64,000 nucleotides of DNA from Felis catus (Eukaryota): assembly GCF_018350175.1 (NCBI RefSeq), contig NC_058383.1:1426001-1490000 (forward strand), given 5' to 3'. Under the pieces are notes generated by a model that saw nothing but the letters and a program-made list of their open reading frames with translations, was not told the DNA's origin and did no database searches. The position numbers were made by a program, and so were the translations under genes. The stretch's first letter is position 1. Each line of letters starts with the position of its first letter. This document shows, in pieces, positions 61,491 to 64,000 of the stretch.

Positions 61491-61683
61491 AAAAGAATTT
61501 TTTTTAACATTTCTTCATTTCCGAGAGACACAGAGAGGCAGAATGTGAGCGGGGGAGGGGCAGAGAGAGAGAGAGAGGGAGACACAGAATCTGAAGCAGG
61601 CTCCAGGCTCTGAGCTGTCAGCACAGAGCCCGTGACCTGAGCCGAAGTCAGATGCCCAACCAACTGAGCCACCCGGGCGCCCC
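61491..61683 (-). mobile_element. Can-SINE with internal deletion of the B-box region
   Basis: cacagagccc joins directly to gtgacctgagccg; TSD attgc(a/g)ctaagtt at 61478 and 61685. Confidence 0.93.
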
Positions 61684-61815
61684 AATTGCGCTAAGTTTTT
61701 ACAGTGTGTGGCGTAAGTCCTCCAAAGTTGTTTTTCTTCTTGAAAAATCGTTTTGGCTATTCTAACTCCTTTGTACTTCCATGTAAATTTTAGGATCAGC
61801 TCGTCAGTGTCTTAA

Positions 61816-61855
61816 AAAAGAAAAGAAAAGAAAAGAAAAGAAAAGAAAAGAAAAG
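61816..61855. repeat. (AAAAG)8 microsatellite
   Basis: Perfect pentanucleotide run inside the L1. Confidence 0.97.
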
Positions 61856-63199
61856 AAAACCTGCTGGGATTTTGATGGGCTTGTGTTTAATTTGTGGATC
61901 AGTTTGGGAATATTAAGTATTCCAATCCATGAACATGGAATATCTCTCCACGAATTTAGGTCTGTAATTTCTCTTAGCAATTTTTTTTGTTTTTGTTTTC
62001 TATGTGCAAGTCTTGCTAATTAAATTTCTTTTGTTAAATTTATTCCTGGATGGTTTTTGATGCTATTGGGAATGGAATAATTTTCTTAATTTCATTTTCA
62101 GATTGTTTGTTGCTAGTACACAGGAATAAAATTGAGTTTGGTGTATTGATCTTTTATCCCACAATCTTGTTAAATTTAATTATTAGCTAGTTCCAGTAGA
62201 CTTTTGTGGACTTCTTAGATTTTCTACATACAGGATCATGTCATCTGCAAATAGGAGAGTTTTATTTGCATCTTTCCTTTCAAACTAGTTTCCTTTTATT
62301 ACTTTTTTTCTGTTGTTTTTTTTGTTTTTTTTTTGTGTTTTTTGCCTTACTGCACTTACCAGAGCTTCCAGAATAATGCTGAATGGCAGAGGCCACTTTG
62401 CTCCTGGCTGTAGAGGGAAAGCATTCAGTCTTTTCACTCACGGTTAAGTATGATGTTAGCTGTGGTTTTCATAGATGGCCTTTTTGGGTTGAGAAGGCCC
62501 CTTGTCCTCCTGATTTGTTATGCGTTTTTATCACGAATACGTATTCCTGGGATAAGTGCCATTTGTATAATCCTCTTTGGATGTGACTGGATTTGGTTTC
62601 TTACAGTTTGTGAAGGATTTTTGCACCTGTGTCCATGAGGGATATTGGTCTGTTATTGTCTAATGATGTCTTTGGTTTTGGCATCAGGGAAGAAGTACTC
62701 ATCTCATACAATGAGTAAGGAAGTTTTTCTCCTCTTTCTTTTCTGAAAGAGTTTGTAAAATGTCAGTATTGGTTCTTTAAATATTTGACAGAATTTGCCA
62801 CGAAAGCCATCTGGACCCGGGCTCTTCTCTGTGGGGATATGTTCAATTATTCATTTAAAAATGGTGTAAGTCTATTCAAATTTTCTTGAATCAGTTTTGA
62901 TCATTTGTGTCTTTCTAGGAAGATGTGTATTTCATCTAAATTGTCTCATTTGTTGGAATCACGTTGTTCGTAATATTCCCTTATACCCCCTTTAATTTCT
63001 GTAGGATTGGTAGTGGTGTTTCCTCTTTAATAACTGATTTTAGTAATTTGTGTCTTCTCTCCCTTTGTGTTCTTGGTCAGTCGAGCTAAAAGTTTGTCAT
63101 TTTTGTTGATTTTCTCAAACAACTGAATTTTTGTTTCATTGATTTTCCCTATTTTTTCCTGTTGTTTATTCCACCAATCTCAGCTCTAATCTTTTAAGC

Positions 63200-63405
63200 A
63201 TTTTTTTAAATGTTTATTTTTGAGAGACAGAGCACGAGTGGAGAAGGGGCAGAGAGAGAGAGGGAGACACAGAATCCAAAACAGGCTCCAGGCTCTGAGC
63301 CGTCAGCACAGAACCCGATGCAGGGCTCGAACTCATGAACTGAACCATGAGATCATGGTCTGAGCTGAAGTCAGACACTCAACCAACTGAGCCACCCAGG
63401 TGCCC
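63200..63405 (-). mobile_element. Can-SINE
   Basis: aaatgtttatttttgagagacag...gagccacccaggtgccc; no clear TSD. Confidence 0.93.
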
Positions 63406-63727
63406 TGAAAGCTATAAATTTCAAATGAAGCTCTGCTTTTAACTGCATCTCATAGAGTTTGATACATTCTGGTTTTGTTTTAAGTAAAGACGTTTTCTAA
63501 TTTCCTTTTTTTTTGACTCATGGCCTATTTAAAACTCTGTTGTTTCCTTTCCAAATATTTGAGGCATTTCTCAAGATTTATTTCTTTTGTTGATTTCTCT
63601 TCAATTCTGTTGTGATTGATGACTATGCTTTCTACGATTTCATTCATTTTAAGTTTACTGAGGTTCGCCTCATAGCCTGGCACATGTCTGCCCTGGAGAA
63701 TGAACCACGTGTGTTTAAAAAGAATGT

Positions 63728-64000
63728 CTATTCTGCCGGATGGAATATTTTATAAACGTCAGTTTGGTCAAGTTGGTGACGGTGCTGTTCCTCTTCTGTA
63801 TCTTTGCTTGTTTCCTGTCTAGTTCTGTCACTTATTGAGACTGGAGTATTGAAATCTCCAGCTATTGTCGAATTGTCTATTTCTCCTTTTAATTCTGTCG
63901 ATTTTTGCTTAATGTAGCTTGGGGCCCTTTTGTTAGGGGTGTGTCCATGTGTAATTGTTACATCTTCCTGAGATATGGGCCTATCATTATGAAATGTCAC
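63728..64000 (-). pseudogene. Decayed LINE-1 ORF2p APE-endonuclease segment
   Basis: ISQEDVTITHGHTPNKRAPSYIKQKSTELKGEIDNSTIAGDFNTPVS matches L1 ORF2p IQQEDITILNIYAPN..AP.YIKQ.L..LKGEID..TIIVGDFNTPLS; the surrounding sequence is disrupted. Confidence 0.9.

Larger units (their letters stand above)
59938..64000 (-). mobile_element. Old LINE-1 (L1M), >4 kb, from 3' end to the ORF2 endonuclease region; continues beyond the window; interrupted by three SINEs
   Basis: Antisense L1 throughout (gatcatgtcatctgcaaata = FADDMI RT motif at ~62234). The ORF at 63728..64000(-) is the APE endonuclease region. Confidence 0.92.

Noticed and set aside
3895..63405. tRNA-like A/B boxes (e.g. GGCTCAGTCGG, GAGTTCGAGCCC)
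   Set aside because: They belong to tRNA-derived Can-SINE heads followed by CT and A tails; not tRNA genes.
59938..64000. Potentially active LINE-1
   Set aside because: ORF2 is broken by stops, frameshifts, deletions and three SINE insertions.

Overview
Mammalian, very probably felid (cat-family), genomic DNA. The assignment rests on 17 tRNA-derived Can-SINEs of the feline type (GGGGCGCCTGGGTGGCTCAGTCGGTTAAGCGTCCGACTTCGGCTCAGGTCATGATCTC head, CT-rich stretch, A-tail). The background is very GC-rich and also holds old L1M, MaLR (MLT1), L2 and MIR relics and several large tandem arrays. I can support no protein-coding exon of a host gene. The many long ORFs are what GC-rich or tandem-repeat DNA produces by chance, and the only recognisable peptides are decayed LINE-1 ORF2 pieces. 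The main functional structure is two CpG islands (~44.9-48.6 kb and ~50.3-51.3 kb). Each holds a 9-unit GC trinucleotide repeat followed by a + strand splice donor. They most likely mark two alternative, largely non-coding first exons of a large + strand gene whose coding exons lie beyond the window; I do not recognise the gene with certainty. Other notable points: patchy AT->GC/CpG conversion of ancient repeats, including a gradient inside one L1; a SINE inserted into the target-site duplication of an older SINE; a spacer-less inverted SINE pair; candidate homeodomain/GATA enhancers; and a 1 kb intronic VNTR with higher-order structure. I found no convincing novel biological system. Repeat family names come from my recall of consensus sequences and need RepeatMasker/Dfam confirmation.
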